Program-made: the position numbers and the translations under genes
Assembly: GCA_031401035.1 (NCBI GenBank)
Contig: JANNRA010000116.1
Location: 1 to 46,941 of the forward strand
DNA length: 46,941 nucleotides
Source of the DNA: a bacterium
Lineage (GTDB): Bacteria > Desulfobacterota > Binatia > HRBIN30 > CADEER01
Reading direction: 5' to 3'
Notes under the pieces: model-generated
What the model saw: only the letters and a program-made list of their open reading frames with translations
Databases searched by the model: none
Told to the model about the DNA's origin: nothing
Shown here: in pieces, positions 43,993 to 46,941 of the stretch
Numbering within the stretch: position 1 is the first letter of the stretch
Layout of the letters: each line of letters starts with the position of its first letter

Positions 43993-44868
43993 ATGCGCCT
44001 TGCCGAAGATCAGGTGACCACCGCCGAGGTGAAGGACTGGCGCGGCCTGCACCTGCTGCATTTCGCCACGTCGTCGTGCTCGCAGAAGGTGCGCATCCTG
44101 CTCGGCGAGAAGGGCATCGACTGGATCTCGCATCCGGTCAACCTCGCCCGGCACGAGAACGCGACGCCGTGGTTTCTCGGCATCAACCCGCGCGGCGTCC
44201 TGCCGGTGCTGGTGCACGACGGCGTCGTGCACGTCGAGAGCAACGACATCATGGAGTATCTCGACACCCAGGTGCCCTCCGCCGCGCCGCCGTTGCTGCC
44301 GCGCGACGAGGCGGAGCGACAGGTGGCGCGCGCGTCCCTGGCGCGCGAGGACGCGCTGCATCAGGCGCTGCGGACCATCACCATGGGATTCCTGGTGCCG
44401 GTCGCCGCGGCGCGCAAGCCGCCGCGCACCCTCGAAACCTATGAGCACGGTGGCGCCGCCGACGAGCACCGCGCGCGCGCGGTCGCCTGGTGGCGCGACT
44501 TCGCGCGCCAGGGCGTGCCGCGTGCCGACGCCCTGGAGGCCGCCGCCGCCTTTGCGGCCGCGTTCGCGGAACTCGACGTGCAGCTCGGCACGCGGCCGTG
44601 GCTGCTCGGCGACCGCATCTCGCTGCTCGAGATCGCCTGGTTCATCTCGCTGCACCGGCTGGTCCTCGCCGGCTACCCGCTGGCTCGCCATGCGCGCCTC
44701 CAGGCGCACTACGCGCGACTGCGCCAGCGGCCGGCTTTTGCGCGCGAGATCGGCGCCGGCGGTGCCGTGGCGCTGCTGATGCGCGGCTACGCGCGCTATC
44801 GCCGACTGACCCGCCGCACGCTCGCCGACCTCCTCGCGGAGGGCGCCGACGCGGGCGCGCCGCGTTAG
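43993..44868 (+). CDS. Glutathione S-transferase family protein
   Basis: GST_N LHLLHFATSSCSQKVRILLGEKGIDW...NPRGVLPVLVHDG; start trimmed to MRLAEDQ. Confidence 0.65.
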   Translation: MRLAEDQVTTAEVKDWRGLHLLHFATSSCSQKVRILLGEKGIDWISHPVNLARHENATPWFLGINPRGVLPVLVHDGVVHVESNDIMEYLDTQVPSAAPPLLPRDEAERQVARASLAREDALHQALRTITMGFLVPVAAARKPPRTLETYEHGGAADEHRARAVAWWRDFARQGVPRADALEAAAAFAAAFAELDVQLGTRPWLLGDRISLLEIAWFISLHRLVLAGYPLARHARLQAHYARLRQRPAFAREIGAGGAVALLMRGYARYRRLTRRTLADLLAEGADAGAPR

Positions 44869-44888
44869 GCGGGCCCGCGGAGACTCGC

Positions 44889-45563
44889 TCAGGAGAGGAT
44901 CTTGCGCCCCGCCGCGACGACCGTCTCCGCCGTCGCCTTGGCGTCGAGCAGCGGCGACTGCGGCACCTGGCGGCCCTTCTCCACCGCCGCCCGGGAACCG
45001 ATCGCCGCCAGCCAACGCTGCAGGTGGTCGAGGCCTTCCACCTCGACGCCCGACCACGGGTAGGTGTGCACCCAACTCCAGTTGGCGATGTCGGCGATCG
45101 AGTAGTCGCCGGCGAGGAACTCCTGCGTCGCCAGGCGCGTGTTCAATACCTCGAACAGGCGGCGGCTCTCGCGCTGGTAGCGCTCGATGGCGAACGGGAT
45201 CTTCTCCGGCGCGTAGCGGAAGAAGACGTTCGCCTGGCCCATCATCGGCCCGATGCCGCCCATCTGGAACATCAGCCACTGCATCACCAGCGAGCGGCCC
45301 TTGGCATCGGTGGGCATGAGTCGGCCGGTCTTCTCGGCCAGGTAGACGAGGATGGCGCCGGATTCAAAGACGGCGAAATCGCTGCCGTCGTGGTCGACGA
45401 TGGTCGGAATGCGCCCGTTCGGATTGAGCGCGACGTACCACTCCTCCTTCTGCTCGAGCGTCTGCAGGGCGATCGGCTGGACGGTGTACGGCAGCGCCAG
45501 CTCCTCGAGGGCGATCGAGACCTTCCAACCGTTCGGTGTCGGTGAAGTATAGAGGGTGATCAT
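44889..45563 (-). CDS. Nu-class glutathione S-transferase (YfcG/YghU-like GSH-dependent disulfide reductase)
   Basis: [22 protein letters not shown]...[14 protein letters not shown]...[10 protein letters not shown]; GAGGAG RBS 6 nt upstream. Confidence 0.75.
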   Translation of the reverse strand: MITLYTSPTPNGWKVSIALEELALPYTVQPIALQTLEQKEEWYVALNPNGRIPTIVDHDGSDFAVFESGAILVYLAEKTGRLMPTDAKGRSLVMQWLMFQMGGIGPMMGQANVFFRYAPEKIPFAIERYQRESRRLFEVLNTRLATQEFLAGDYSIADIANWSWVHTYPWSGVEVEGLDHLQRWLAAIGSRAAVEKGRQVPQSPLLDAKATAETVVAAGRKILS

Positions 45564-45591
45564 CGCTGGCTCCTCTGACCGGCCCGTGCGC

Positions 45592-46773
45592 TCAGCGCAG
45601 CGAGGCGTAGGTGGCGTCGAGCAGCGCCGTGGCGCGCGGGTCGAGCAGGATGTGCGGGCCGAGGCGGTTGGGGGTGTAGCCGAAGCCGATCTTGGCCGCC
45701 GGGTCGGCGCAGCCGAGGGCGCCGCCGGCGCCGGGATGGCCGAAGGCGCCGGGGTTGGGGCCGAAGCGGGCATCGGCGCGCTCCTGCGACAGCATGACGC
45801 CGAGGCCGAAGCGGGTGGGCACCTGGAGGACCAGGTCCGGGCCGTTCGACTGCAGCGTGCGCAGGCGCTCGATGCCGGCGCCGTCGAGGACGTGCGCGCC
45901 GGCGAGATCGCCGCCGCGCGCCAGCGCGCCGTACACGCGCGCCAGGTCGCGGGCGCCGCCGTGCCCGTTGGCGCCGGGGATCTCGGCGCTGCGCCAGTCC
46001 GCGTTGTTGACGCCGAGCGCCATCGAGGGCGGGTTCATGAACGCGCGCGCGGTCATGCTGTTCGGGTCGGCGAGGATCACCTGGGCGAGACCCAGAGCGT
46101 CGGCGGGCAGCTCGTCGCCGGGGGCCAGCGCCAGCTCGCTCAGCTCGGCGACCCGATCATGCTCGGCCGCCGCCAGGCCGATGTGGAAATCGAGGCCGAG
46201 CGGGCGGGCGATCTCGTCGCGAAAGTAGGTGCCGAGGCTGCGCCCGTCGATGCGCCGCACCACTTCACCGACCAGCCAGCCGAAGGTGACGGCGTGATAC
46301 CCGTGCGCCGTGCCCGGCTCCCACCACGGCTCCTCGGCGGCGAGCGCCGCGGTGATCATGCCCCAGTCGTAGAGCGCCTCGGGCGGAAGCAGTTCGCGTA
46401 CCGCCGGCACGGCGGCGCGATGGCTGAGCAGCCAGCACACCGGAATGCGCGCCTTGCCGCGCGCCGCGAACTCCGGCCAGTAGTCGGCCACCGGCGCGTC
46501 GAGATCGAGGCGGCCGCGTTCGACCAGCTGGTGCGCGCAGAGCGCCGCCATCGCCTTGGTGCACGAGTAGACGTTGGCGATCGTGTCGCGCTGCCACGGC
46601 TTGCTGCGCGCCTGATCGGCCCACCCCGCCCACAGATCGACGACGGTCTCGCCGTCGTGCACCACCGCCAGCGCCGCTCCGACCTCGCGTCCGCGCCGGA
46701 AGTTGGCCGCGAACGCCTCGCGCACCGGCGCGAACCGCGCCGCGCACTCGCCGTGGATCTCGATGTCGCTCAT
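45592..46773 (-). CDS. Beta-lactamase-family serine hydrolase (class C / EstB-like esterase or DD-peptidase)
   Basis: SxxK motif VYSCTKAM and beta-lactamase fold length; start MSDIEIHG. Confidence 0.75.
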   Translation of the reverse strand: MSDIEIHGECAARFAPVREAFAANFRRGREVGAALAVVHDGETVVDLWAGWADQARSKPWQRDTIANVYSCTKAMAALCAHQLVERGRLDLDAPVADYWPEFAARGKARIPVCWLLSHRAAVPAVRELLPPEALYDWGMITAALAAEEPWWEPGTAHGYHAVTFGWLVGEVVRRIDGRSLGTYFRDEIARPLGLDFHIGLAAAEHDRVAELSELALAPGDELPADALGLAQVILADPNSMTARAFMNPPSMALGVNNADWRSAEIPGANGHGGARDLARVYGALARGGDLAGAHVLDGAGIERLRTLQSNGPDLVLQVPTRFGLGVMLSQERADARFGPNPGAFGHPGAGGALGCADPAAKIGFGYTPNRLGPHILLDPRATALLDATYASLR

Positions 46774-46816
46774 CGCTCGGTTATGGCCGATGCAGGCGGG
46801 CCGGAACAAGCGACAG

Positions 46817-46844
46817 GGAGAAAGGGGGACGGAGAAAGGGGGAC
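46817..46844. repeat. Direct tandem repeat ggagaaagggggac x2, about 45-70 nt upstream of the minus-strand hydrolase start
   Basis: Exact 14-bp duplication read directly from the sequence. Confidence 0.6.
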
Positions 46845-46941
46845 GTAGGGGCGGTAAGGGCACATAGGAACCGAAATTACCGGTTAGCCCCCAACGACCC
46901 CAATGTCCTGAACCCCCTCACGCCCGGGGTTGGGGGCGGGG

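Noticed and set aside
43435-45279. 614-aa minus ORF
   Set aside because: A read-through fusion, in one frame, of the small acidic repeat gene with antisense GST sequence. Only the repeat protein 43435..43785 shows a signal peptide and coherent repeat structure.
1-46941. CRISPR array, rRNA or tRNA genes
   Set aside because: No spaced direct repeats of CRISPR type. The only tandem repeats are coding (57-bp) or 14-bp duplicates. No rRNA-like conserved segments or tRNA structures were seen on either strand.

Overview
This is a 46.9 kb, very GC-rich (roughly 70% or more) bacterial chromosomal segment, probably a metagenome contig. Both ends finish in G/C homopolymer runs that look like assembly or sequencing artefacts, so the first ~130 bp and last ~50 bp are unreliable. 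The six-frame ORF track is dominated by GC artefacts: long Arg/Ala/Pro-rich antisense ORFs and in-frame upstream extensions. After trimming these I support about 42 genes.

The left 14 kb and several later loci form a dispersed membrane-lipid or polyketide-lipid (aryl-polyene-like) biosynthesis neighbourhood:
- a PaaK/CapK-like adenylating enzyme translationally coupled to a DAGK-type lipid kinase
- two ketosynthase pairs, each a true KS followed by a translationally coupled, catalytically degenerate chain-length-factor-like partner, with FabG between them
- a convergent ThiH/BioB-type radical SAM
- an operon of CE4 deacetylase (PEP-CTERM-locus subtype), flippase-like membrane protein, ICMT/PEMT-family methyltransferase and a B12-binding radical SAM
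- a minus-strand operon of two more B12-binding radical SAMs plus a secreted PAP2/vanadium-haloperoxidase-like enzyme, divergent from a PlsC-type acyltransferase
- an LpxL-like acyltransferase / GT2 glycosyltransferase divergent pair.

Several lower-GC insertions are interspersed:
- a HigB/RelE-like toxin plus HTH antitoxin island that carries a relic duplicate of the neighbouring radical SAM 3' end
- a flotillin/SPFH gene
- a Phd/VapC TA pair
- a small secreted acidic protein built from 57-bp tandem repeats.

Other content:
- a CRTAC1/ASPIC-like lipoprotein split by an in-frame TGA
- a SARP-AAA-TPR (STAND-type) regulator divergent from two secreted Thr/Pro-linker proteins
- three GSTs, PhyH dioxygenase, an amino-acid permease, a secreted alpha/beta hydrolase, a beta-lactamase-family serine hydrolase, RsmE, DJ-1/PfpI, GNAT and HAD housekeeping genes.

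A palindromic intergenic repeat family (core ccctcaccctgaccctctc...ggagagg) occurs at three loci. No rRNA, tRNA or CRISPR was seen.
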